NCBI GenBank assembly: GCA_010405405.1
Contig: MU004231.1
Coordinates: 3,218,401-3,282,400, forward strand
Length of the DNA: 64,000 nucleotides
Reading direction: 5' to 3'
From: Microthyrium microscopicum
Taxonomy: Eukaryota
Position 1 is the stretch's first letter. Every line of letters begins with the position of its first letter. A program made the translations under genes and the position numbers. This document shows positions 35,174 to 46,900 of this stretch, piece by piece. The notes beneath the pieces are model-generated. The model made no database searches, was not told where the DNA came from, and saw nothing but the letters and a program-made list of their open reading frames with translations.

Positions 35174-36568
35174 ATGTCGACGCTTTCAGCTGCTCTGCAG
35201 GCTTCTCAGACAATTCCAGGTAGTACACAGCTCCAATGGTCCCTCCTCCAGAACCTCAGAGTGGTTAACAGAATTATAGGTCGGAACGAGCTTCTTGGAT
35301 TACCAACAGAGTTGCGCTTTGAGATCTTCTCTTATTGCAGTAGAAAGGCTCTGACAGCGCTCCGAGAATGCTGTACTCAGCTTCATTCTGAAACTGAGAT
35401 AGAGCTGAAGTCCAACAAGCGCCTCTTCTGCATCAATAGCGCTTCGCTGGATTCGTATCTGTTTAGGCACGAGGAGTACCGTACCTACTGGAGAGATGAG
35501 TTCTTGGCGGGGCATGTGCCATTTCCAGTATATGCGCCTTATCATGACATCCCGCCATTACTCAAGAATTATGGCACAGTAGACCTGGACGCAGGACGAA
35601 AGATGAAACATTTGCTGTACGTAGCACAATGTGAGCCTACGCGGAACCAGCAAGCACATTCAGGCGTTTGTCCTCATTCTATACAGATACTATACGTTAT
35701 CTGTAAACGATTGTTTCCCAACTTGGAGCAAGTGAAGGTCATCACAATACAACCAGATCCTCGCTTTGCACCGCCCGACTTCTCTCCATTTCTCAAAGAC
35801 TTGGTAAAGGACCGGCGCAACAATCTCATTCAAGAACATTTTTCCGCTGCTAATATCTGCAAAGTCGGCGACAATTTCTTCGCCCAAGATCTATTGCCAG
35901 TTTCCAATGATTACAATACAAGGCAAGATTATATCTACAAACGATGTCATTTAGCCTGCGCAGCGCTTAAACATGTTCAAAAGAGCCCTTGCACCAATCT
36001 TCTTGTTTTTTCTGAACTGTCAGAAGCTATGTCAGATGCCATGAGGCTCCCTGTAGCAAGTAGTCCACTAACGTCAATCTCTGGCTGGGTGCGCGCGGAA
36101 CGCCTGAGAAGACATCGGCTGGGAGCTGTAAAGCACCAGCAAAATCTGATCAATAATCGGCGACGAGATCAACTAGCAAAAGGAAAGCCAGGTCTCATGA
36201 CGCTCTCAACGAAGAAGCTCAAGAAGCTTGAGATGGATACAACATTCGCCGAAAGATGGGCCGATTCATTTCGTCAACAAGTCAAGAGTTTGGTGGATTC
36301 GGGTCCCGAATTTGAAGACAAATTGCGTAAGCAACTTGCCGACAATATCAACCACATGGTGATTAGGACCGCGGGGCCTTTGCCATATCACCATTACCTG
36401 CCAGGGGGAAAAGTAAAACCATCTGCCGCGACTAATCTGATTAATATGGTCCTGCGAAGAGATTTGAACCTTGGAAAGATTACAGGTTCGCCTGGGGACT
36501 ATGGATGGTCACAAACAGAACAACGGTGGTTCATGAGGCAGCACGTTCAATCAGTGAACAAGGCTTAG
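35174..36568 (+). CDS. Hypothetical F-box-like protein, tandem paralog A (intact)
   Basis: LLGLPTELRFEIFSYC..LTALR. It is collinear with the next gene (IN.AS...YL, LYVIC.RLFP.LEQ, AER.RR.R, Q..KGKPG.M, PEF..KL.KQL.D). Confidence 0.8.
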   Translation: MSTLSAALQASQTIPGSTQLQWSLLQNLRVVNRIIGRNELLGLPTELRFEIFSYCSRKALTALRECCTQLHSETEIELKSNKRLFCINSASLDSYLFRHEEYRTYWRDEFLAGHVPFPVYAPYHDIPPLLKNYGTVDLDAGRKMKHLLYVAQCEPTRNQQAHSGVCPHSIQILYVICKRLFPNLEQVKVITIQPDPRFAPPDFSPFLKDLVKDRRNNLIQEHFSAANICKVGDNFFAQDLLPVSNDYNTRQDYIYKRCHLACAALKHVQKSPCTNLLVFSELSEAMSDAMRLPVASSPLTSISGWVRAERLRRHRLGAVKHQQNLINNRRRDQLAKGKPGLMTLSTKKLKKLEMDTTFAERWADSFRQQVKSLVDSGPEFEDKLRKQLADNINHMVIRTAGPLPYHHYLPGGKVKPSAATNLINMVLRRDLNLGKITGSPGDYGWSQTEQRWFMRQHVQSVNKA

Positions 36569-37763
36569 ATAAACATGATACTAGTAGGCTGGATTATTGC
36601 CGTTTCTCAAGCCATGTCTTCACAGGTCGGCTGAAGAAGGCGAATTTACACACGAACGCATTCAACACCCAGCAGTTCGAGACCATGACATGTCTGGAGG
36701 TTGGAGCGTTTGGACCGCATAGCTACTTTGTTGAAGATGGTAACAGGTCAGACAGGCTCACTCGCTAAGTGTTGTAGAGACCTCTTACCTCCCATTAATA
36801 CTACCTGTTAGCACTGTCTCATGAACAGTCAGTTCCATGGATGAAATGAGTCGTACGATCTCATCAATGTCATCTGATATAGTGACTTTCAAAGAGCATG
36901 GTGAGACTTCATATCATACTTCATAGCTCGCTCAATCTCCTTCGCCCTCGTTGGAAGATAAACAAGTAGGTTACACGATGTAGCTGACAGCAGCTAGCCA
37001 AACTGATCGTGATACTGTCCAGGCCTTTATCTTGCCAAAGGCTTCGAACGTGACCCTATCAATTAAGTAGCCACTACGGTACTATATTCGTCCTCCTTGT
37101 GTAAAGTTGGATCGTACGTATAAGCCTCGCAGCTGTAAAGATGCTTGCATAACGGACAAGGGACTTTCACCTTGCATCTTGCGCATACATAACCGGACGA
37201 ACGACAAGATAACTGGCACGCCCACAGCAGCTACCTTCTATAACTAGGTGCTCTTTTAAGCATTGAACGCTCAAACGCCCATGTCACTTTCCAATGCGCT
37301 GTGATATCACGTACCTTCTGTTTGAGGAATGCCTTTGAATTGCTACTTGGAGACATTGGTTATCAAGTGCAGCGATCGACTTAGCGAAGCGGATCTTCGA
37401 GCTATCAATCTGAGTTGATGGGACCGCGCCATTTATTCTGTCGCCTAGTTGTACGATCAGCGCAAGACGAATACTCAGCGAACATTGAGCCAGTCAACAT
37501 TGGTATCACTTTCGAACATCATAAACTTCACTTCCTTCACAAGTGGAGCATAAAACCTCTGCTCCTCTGCACCCTCAAGAGCCCCAATCTTCCACTTACT
37601 TATCCTCAAAATCTCCTGCTTCGGCCTCTTACTCCAGCTTTATACAAGAATACCTTACCAACACGATTCCTTCTTCACCTATCTCTAGCCCTATCTTCTT
37701 TCCGTGGTCTTCTTAGGAACCACCGTTCTCATATTGGCTTTGTGCCTCATATCAAGGGATCAA

Positions 37764-38990
37764 ATGAACGAACAAATGGCTGGATCGCAGGATTCAAACG
37801 ACTCCCCAGATTCAAGTATAGTCGCCGTCGCCACACATACCAATCCGAGCAGATCGCTAATGTTAGATCTAGCCTGTCATGAGTCGTTTCGACTCGCGGA
37901 TCTTCCCCTCGAGCTGCGCTGGGAAATCTACTCATATTGCGACAATAACACTCTGGCGGCTCTTCGAAACTCAAGCCGGCAGCTTCGTATGGAGACTGAA
38001 GAAGAAGCTTTCACTAAGCGACTCGTTGTCATCAACACTGCCTCTATCGAGGCTTATCTGCAGGAAAAGCTACATGGGAGAATTGCCTTTTGTGACCAGC
38101 AAGACTACAGAACTTTCGACAGATACAAAGCCTTGGACCCTGGACCAGAGATGACTGACAAAAACATTGCCGTCGACCTTGCTATCGCCCGTAAAGTCAA
38201 GTCACTGCTGTATCTGTCTCCAATATGTTTTCATTGTCGTCCCGGGGATATTTGCGCGGCATGTTTCACGCGATTGTACGTCATTTGCCGAAGACTATTT
38301 CCGAGCCTGGAGCAATTCAGAGTCATCGCCATATATGAGTCTTATGGGATGAGCTACGTCCACAACCGACTTCCACGGTCGCTTCCAGGCTTACCCGAAA
38401 GAATGGCTAAACACTACCATCATCCAGCAAAGATGACTTTCACTCAATACGAGTATTCTCCTGATATTATACGCAAGATTGGGGACAAATACTGTCTTCA
38501 AGAAACATTGTCAGATGAAGAAGAACGTGCGATTCGAGACTATACTCTTCAATTCGGATTTCTTGCGAAAGAAGCTCGGCAAGCGTATGCTGGGAAAGAG
38601 CTATACCTCAGATCCCAGGTTGCGAGGTCTAAAATTGATTTCAACTTGACCGTCAGAACGATATCTGATGCGATTAAATTGCCACATCTTGCCAGACCTT
38701 GGGCATTAATTGCGACATCGATTGAGGCCGAACGTGTGAGACGCTGGCGGACAGTGAGGCACGCAGACAAGGCGAAAGAAGTCGAAGAGAACCGACAGAA
38801 GCAGTTACAGAAAGGAAAGCCCGGAATTATGAAAATGTCCATGATGAAAATCCAAAAGCTCCTCCATGAACGAGAGAGCGCAGAGCAGCATGCTCGTAGC
38901 CTTCGTCACGCGATCAAAAAAGAAATGCACTCTGACCCTGAGTTTCAAGAAAAGTTGCAAAAACAGTTGGATGATGCTTCTACTTATGGT
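37764..38990 (+). pseudogene. F-box-like tandem paralog B, 5' part; interrupted by the 20-kb element
   Basis: LADLPLELRWEIYSYC. Similarity to paralog A stops at ..KQLDDASTYG, exactly where the AT-rich block starts. Confidence 0.85.
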
Positions 38991-40399
38991 CTAGATTTAT
39001 CTTACTTAGTTAGACTAGCAGCAAAATTATGGCGTTTACTAGCGTATATAAGGATATACTCTAGCTAATTAGAGCTTATTCTACTCTCTCTAACTTTTTG
39101 CTATATAGTCTAAGAGACTCTTGTTTTATTTGTTAATATTTTAGCTTAACTTTTTAGCTTAATCTAAATATAATGGCGTCTTTTATAAAATAAGTATATA
39201 AATCTTAAAATTAGTTAAATTTAAGTTGTATAGAAGAAACTACGCTTTTAAATAAATATATTTTTAAGTTATCTATGCTTCTAGTTATTTTAGTAATATA
39301 ATTCCTATATGACTAAAAAAATTGCTAGCTTAGTTAACTTTTGCCCTTTTTTGCTTATTATTAACTATATAATAACGATATGATTTGATTACTTTAAAAT
39401 ATTACGTAGTGCTTTATAATTAGCTATTCTATTATCTTATATATTTATTTTTATTATAAAATAGTATAGTTATAGATTCCTATTTATCTTTTAGTTAATT
39501 GTATATTTAGTTAGACTAGGCCTTTTTTTTGCTAAGACTACTTGCTATAATCTATTCTGCTTACGTAAGTATCCTTGTAAGTTTTTATAAGTCTTTATAA
39601 GTCCTTAAATAGCCTATATTTATCCTTTATTACTCTTTTTAACTTTATTAGTATTCTTAGTAGTTATTTTTATACCTTTAGTAGTATATATAGCTTATAT
39701 TAGTATCCTTGCGTAATCTTTATAGTTCCTTACTTGTCCTTTGAATTAATTTAATAGCTTTAGTAATGTAGTAGCTTTAGTAAAGGGTTTATTTTAGTAT
39801 TCTAGTATTTTTATTGCGTTAGTATTTAGATAGCTTTAGTATTTTAATGCTAAGTAATTATATAAGAGTATTAGTAATATCTTTACTAGTCTTAGTATTA
39901 CTTTATTTAGTTAAAGAGGTTACTATAGTAATTTTATTATAGCTAAGAAATCTTATAAGTTTAAAGGTATAGCTCTTATTATCTTTACTTTATCTTTTAG
40001 ACTTAGTATTAGTATTCTTTATGGCTTTAGTGTCTTTAGTATCTTTAGTGTCTCTAATATCTCTAGTATCTTTAGTATCTTTAGTATCTTTAGTTTCTCT
40101 AGGTATCTAGCTTATATAAGCATCTCTATATATCTTAGTATAATCCTTATTTACTCTTAGTAGCTTATAGTAGCCCTTTTTGATTAGTAGGTATAATATA
40201 TAAGTTAGTAATTATTATTATTAAATATTAATTATTATAAATATATACCTTATTATTAATGCTAACCTTATTATTATAGTATTATAGGCTAGATAAAGAA
40301 TAAGTAAAATAATTACTAGTAATCTATAAAACTAAAACTAAGACTAAGACTACTATAATCTTAGTACTTATAATTACTATAATAGGACTAGCCTAATTA

Positions 40400-42700
40400 C
40401 CTACTCTTATAATTGCCTAAACCTTATCTTCTTTAGAAATCTAAGAGGTTACTTAAAGCTATACGTACTGCTTTATAACTAGGATTAGTTAATGCTATTT
40501 ACGCCCTTATATAATTTATTTAAATCTAGCTATTAGCTAAAATATAAGAGTATATATTATAGTTATGCTTATAGAAGTTAACTAGCTATAACCCTTATCC
40601 TAGATAGGTTAGGGCCTTAAGGTTTCTAATATATAAGAGCTATAATATCTTGCTTATTACTTATACTAGATAGAGTAAGAGTTTAATACTATATAACTTT
40701 TCTATATTAATAGAAAAGATTACTTTATAGCTAATTCCTATAAACTAATTAGGGGATAAATAATTTAATAGTATCTTAGCTATCTTTAGGTCTAAGCCTA
40801 TTATTGTTTATAGCGAGACAATAACCTAGTTAAAGGATATTGCTATTAATATTATGTTTAGTTAGTATACCTATATATTAATTTTACTAGAGACTACGTT
40901 TAGTAGGCTCTTTTGTAGTATGTTAAGCAATTTTATCTTTTAGAATAGGATTAGAATAGTTGCTATTAATAAATGCTACTTAGTTAAATAATAGTAGGAT
41001 TTTAGGTCTTAGTTTGCTATAATTTATAAGCTTTATATAATACTATACTAGGATATTATATAGTTTAGTTATACTAGCACCTTAAGTTTACTTATATAAT
41101 AGTTTATTCTTTATTATAGTAGATTCTAAGAAGAGGGACTATATAAATAATAAACTATTATTATATACTCCTTTATTAACCATTAGGATGTTATAATCTA
41201 GTTTAAGCCTATACTTAAGTAAAGGTTAGTATCTTTTAATAAACTCTATTAGATCTTAGATGCTATAGTTAACTCTAAGGCTAGGAAGGCTACTCTTAAG
41301 TTAATTAAAAAGACTATTATATATATTAATAGTAGATTAAAGATCTATACAATGTTAAAATACCTTTAGGCTACTTTAGTTAGTTTAACTAAGAACTTTC
41401 TAGAGGACTAGTAGTATACTTACTTTAATAAGGATAGCGTACGTTATATCTATAACCTTATTTAAGAAATTACTTTTATTATCCCTAGCTATAATAAGAT
41501 AGTTTGGTACTAAGAATTTAAGCTTCTAGGTTCACCTTGTTAAATTATAATTATAACTATAAGCCTAGGACTTAGTATTAATATATTAGATATTATATTA
41601 ATTATTATTTAGAGGTTCTTAATACTATATAGTTTTATAGATCTATGGTAGCGTATAGGTTATAGTAGGCGTAGTTATAGGTTATTTAGTATTGCTATAG
41701 TATTTCTTTCGTATTAAATATTTAATATATTTAGATAAGAATAACTTAATCTATAGAAAGGTATTTAGGTAAGTTTACTAACTATTTAATTTATCTAGGT
41801 TATATTTTCTTTATATAGGACTTAAAATTATACGCTACTTTAATATTAATAACTTTGTATTTAGGATAGGGCTAGTTTAAGTATATTGTAGCTTAAATTG
41901 CTATTTAATAATAGTAATATTAAAAGTAAAGCTAGTACTGCCTTATAAGTATTTACTATTATATTTATTACTTCTTAAGTATTAGTTATAGATATATAAG
42001 AAGCTAATATATTACTAGATAGTATACCTAGTTTAATTCCTCTATTTTAGTTTAGAGTTAAGGTTAAAACTTATAGTAGAGTCTTACGTAAATAGTTTAT
42101 TATTATAAATTATTTAGACTATTTTTAAGAAGCTATCCTCTATGAGCTAGATAAATTCCTGCCCTAGATAATAGATTATAATTCTATACTAATTTTAAGG
42201 TATTATAATAAATACTATCTAGATAAGTTTTGTAAATTAGTTTAGTTAGTGTTTTTACTACGTAAGTAGGCTTTAAATAAGAATAGTTGTAAGGCTATTA
42301 TAAGAACGTAATTATAGGTCTAGTCCTTAGTAGTAAAAGAAGCTATGTGTCTAGAGGATAATTATAAGAGTAAATATTCTTAAGGTAAAGACTAGTTGCT
42401 AGATAATGATTTGATTAGGTAGCTAGCTTATCTTTACGCTACTAAATTTCCTTTTAATACTTAGTATTTTACTTAAGATAAATTATATATACGTATTTTT
42501 AATTTAGTTAATTAGACTAATACTATTATGTTAAAGGGAAAGCTATTATTTATCCTTTAAAAGCTAGAAACTATTATTAAGTAGTTATATAAGGATGCCT
42601 ATAAGGCTAATTATTTAGTACGCCTTATGGCTAAGGAAGTAAAGCTCTTAAAGAAAATATAAGTTATAGCGTTATAGTTAGAGTCTTAGTTATAGTTACT
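40400..42700 (+). pseudogene. RIP-destroyed RecQ-like SF2 (DExH) helicase; boundaries approximate
   Basis: Literal translation, with de-RIP reading after '=': LLITYTR*SKSLI = LLIARTGWGKSLI (motif I, ~40650-40690). KITL*LIPIN*LGDK* is motif Ia. VAINKCYLVK**=VAIDECHLVKQW (motif II, ~40960). C*IIIITISLGLSINILDI = CRIMVAT.SLGLGIDIPDI (motif V, ~41540-41595). DLW*RIGYSRR = DLWQRIGRGGR (motif VI, ~41640-41675). YYNKYY = CCNKCH (Zn region, ~42200). Confidence 0.85.
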
Positions 42701-43869
42701 TATATCGTCTTAAACTAGTAATCTTTAGCGCTAGGTTCTTAAGAAACTAATAGATAATGAGTTAATATAAGAAAGGGCTTATAGAGTATAAGAGGAAGAT
42801 AAAAGGGTTTATTTGTTTATAAGTTAGCTAATTAGATATATGTTTATCCTTATTAGTTTATTTAGAGGTTCTATGTTAATAAATATTCTAACCTTACTAT
42901 TTACTAAGTATTAGTAGGATATTACGAATTTAGATAATAGTAATATCCTAGATAAATATAAGGGATTTATAAATACTAATTCTAAAGATAATAAAGAAGA
43001 TATAGACGATAATTTATTTAATTAGCTAATACCTATATTAAATAAAGATAGTATTACTCTAGTTACTACTCCTTATACTTATTACTTAACTTATACTTAA
43101 TAAAAGAGTTATTTGCTAAGCTAAGACTTATTAAGCTAGTTAATACTACGTTATTATTAGATTAGGGCTAGTATAAAATAGTCCTTACCTATAATCTTAG
43201 AGAGAAATAGTTTAACTACTACTATTAGGAGGACTATAAGAAAGAGTATAAAAGAGTATTCTTCTTAACTAACGAGAAGAGGATTAAAGATAAGTAAGAA
43301 GATGTTGCGTTTAATATTAGAGTAGGTTAGACCTAGTGTATAATTCTAAATATTTAGTTTTTTAACTATTTTATCTACTTAGGTATTATAAGGAACTATA
43401 TAGGATTATATAGGATTCTAAGGAGTAGGTAGGTATAGTTATATAAGCACTATATTTTATATTTTTAGTTTAGAGGTTTATAAATATTAGTATTTAGAGT
43501 TCTTATCTATTATAGGCGTTATGTTCTTCTATATATATTTATAGTATATTATATTTATTAGTTTGTTATAACTACTTTGTTTATTTATTATTATTATAGT
43601 ATCTTTAGTAAATAGATATCTAAGCATTAAGCCCTATTACGAAGCCTATATATTATAATATACATTATAAAGGAGGCTCTTTATAAGTATAATAATAAGG
43701 ATGAATTTACTAGTCTATATAAGATTAGTAAGTATATTAAAGTATTCCTAAGACGTAATAGGATATTACTATAAGTATTAGTAAAACTTAGATAGTGTCC
43801 TAACTTAGATCTATTTAAATATAGTATATATATTTCTAGGTAGGAAAGCTATTTTAGCGCTTAACTTCT

Positions 43870-43995
43870 CTATATTGCTTAGTATTATAATGATGCTTAG
43901 CTTCTTTACGTTGCTTAGTATTGCTATAACGCTTAGCTTCTTTACGTTACTTAGTATTACTATAGCGCTTTGCCTCTTTATGTTACTTAGTGTTG
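43870..43995. repeat. 36-bp tandem repeat (~3.5 copies) inside the element
   Basis: Units resemble TTGCTTAGTATTGCTATAACGCTTAGCTTCTTTACG. The minus strand reads RKEAKR-like 12-aa units. Confidence 0.75.
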
Positions 43996-46900
43996 CTTAC
44001 TTACTAGTTTCATTAAGTAATAGAAACTAGACACTATAATAAGAACTAGATATTAGAAAATCTAATAGTAAGTAGACTTTACTTAGCTAAGGCTTATACT
44101 TTAATCCCTTATACGTAAAGCTAATATGGCTAATTGTTAATAGCTTAAGTACTTTACTTTTTAACGTTATAGGTAAAGACGTAAAGTTAAGTAGGTTTAT
44201 TAGAAATTAGTATTAAGAAATATTTAGTATCTTGCTATTTAACTACTTAGAAGGTATAGTTTGTGTACTAGCCTTTAAGAGCCTATTAATTATTCTTAGT
44301 TATGAAAATAGTAATTAAGTTATATTAAGAGATATAGCTATAGTTAAGGTACTACCTAAAGAATAATACAGTTTAGAGTATAGAGTTAATATCACTAGTA
44401 GTATTAAATCTACGCTAAACTTTAGTAGATTAATTATTAGGCATATTAACATTATTAGGCGCGCTAACATTACTATATATTAGAAAGTACTAGTAGTAGG
44501 TATTTTTATTATCTATTTTATTCTTTAGCAGTATACCTTACTCTTTAATAAAGACTTTCTTACGAATTATTATAATATTAATAAACTTTTATAGGACTCT
44601 ATATTATTAATTTAGTAGGATAGAGCAATTATAGTTCTATAAAGCTAGTTTATGTTCTAGCGTTAGCCTAAAGTAGATAATAAACTTAGTTACTCTAATA
44701 CTTATTAAGGAATATTAGAAGGAATATAATATAGATAGCTAAATAGCTTATTGCCTTCTACTATTAGTAACTTGTTATATTATAGTAGTTCTTTATTAAG
44801 AACCTTTCTTATGTATATTTTCTTAATATTGTTACTACTTTACTAAATCTTTATTATAAGGATAGAGAGGAGTTTTATTAGACTCTCTTTAAAGGTAGCA
44901 TATCTATTTAGATTAAAATTATTAAGTTATATAGGAATAGTATATATTATTAGCGTAAAGAGTTAGTCTTTAAGCTAGTAGTTATTTAAAGTTATAAAGA
45001 TTATAATTTTGATATAGTGTTTAGTCTAAAAGATAATACTATATAAATCTATATTAGCGTTTTATAACGTATTAATAAATAAAATATTATATAATACGTC
45101 TATTTTACTAGTCTAGGTAGAGGCTAGGTTAAGTAAGGATAATATAGTAAGCCTAGGTATTCCTTTTTAGGTAATTAATACGTTAGTAGAATATATCTAA
45201 TAGATTTTTTTACTAGATATAATATACTCTTTACTCGTTACTATTCTAGTTATACTTTATAACTAAATAGTATATATATAATAAGTATAAACTATATAGT
45301 AACTTTTGCTATATATTTAACTATTTATAACCCTTTATAATTAATTAAGGCTACTAATATTATAATCTTATTATCTTAATTAGGTAGTAGTAAGAACTTT
45401 ATAAAGTGCTACCTATTATGTCTACTACCTAAATGGTATATCCCTTATTATACTAGATATATTCTTTTCTCTTCTTTATCTTTATATACCTTTAGGTCTT
45501 CTTTTAAGCAGTTTTCTTTATACTTAACTAGATTACTTTTAAGAAGGTATAGCCTTAGGTCTTTGTTATACCTTTTTAATATAACTTTTAGGCTATTAAT
45601 ACTTTTTATATACTAACTAATTCTATTCTATTTCTTTTATTAGATAAGGGCCTTATAGAAATATAATAAGCTAATTAGGTATTACTAAATTAAGTAATTA
45701 TAACTATTTAATAGCTAATACTCTTAGTTAGACTAAGTATTTAAAATAGTAAGACTATTATATTATAGTCTTTTTAAAGCCTTTATGCCCTTTAGCTTTT
45801 AAACTTTAACTTCTTAACTTTATAACTTTATATACTTACGTCTTTTGCTATCTTTAAAAGAAAGATGTACTCTTAATACTATCCTATACTTAACGTATAT
45901 ATTATCTTTACTTATTAGCTATCTAATAGTCTCTTGCTATCCTAGCTTATTAAGGAGGTAAAGTTAATTCCTTATAGCGTACTACGCTAAAAAGGTAAAT
46001 ATATTTATCTAGAGAGTAGAATTTCTAGTTATATTATAAAGCGTTATAACTTTAATAATTTATAAGTTCTAGTATATTGCTTATAGATATTAGTAGTAAT
46101 AATTATAGTTAGTAAGTTAAGTTTAATGCTTGCTAGGCTACTTACTAAGCTTGTTTAGCTATACTTATTAAGTAAGAAGAGAGTCCCCTTTTTGTTTTAG
46201 CTTCTCTTATATTTAGCTCGCCTAAGCTATCTCTTTCCTTAAGTTTGCCTTTTAATTTTAGTAATAATAAGCTAATAGACGATAATAACGATAATAATAA
46301 TAAAGACGAAGAAGACGATAAGACTTTCATTAATCCTAATCTTCTCTCTCCTCTCGCTCTTATCCTTACTAAGGCTAAGTATAACGTGCTTATATAAAAA
46401 TTTAACTTTAGCTTAATAGCTAGAATTAACCTTAGCTAGCTACGTTTTATAGCGATAAAGCTAAGTCTAGACGTAAAGCGCTCTACTATACTTAATAAAT
46501 AATAGTCTTAGACTACTAAGAAGTAGGACGTCTTAATATTTTAAAAAAAAAAAACTATATAGTAATATTAGCTATATAATAAAGATGACTTTTAGTAAAC
46601 GCATATTAGATATTGCTACGTATTTAGCGTATATTAAGTATAGGTAAGAATATTAGTAGTTTATATAGAAAGTAAAGAATACATAGAAGAATTTTAGAAG
46701 TTATTATACTTATTATGTTATATTTCTTAAAGACTATACCTTTAGAGATAATTATTATAAATTTAAAGGTAAAGTTATAGAGTATAAGACTTTAGGTAAA
46801 TTATTTAGTTTATAAACTAGTTAAAAGATAGAGGTTTAGGAAGTAGTAGTTTAGAGTAGGTAATTAGTATAGAATAGCGTATTAACGTATACTTCTCATA

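Noticed and set aside
38991..39068. C-terminus LDLSYLVRLAAKLWRLLAYIRIYSS of ORF 37704..39068
   Set aside because: This is read-through into the transposon's left terminus. The true C-terminus is at 59086-59439.
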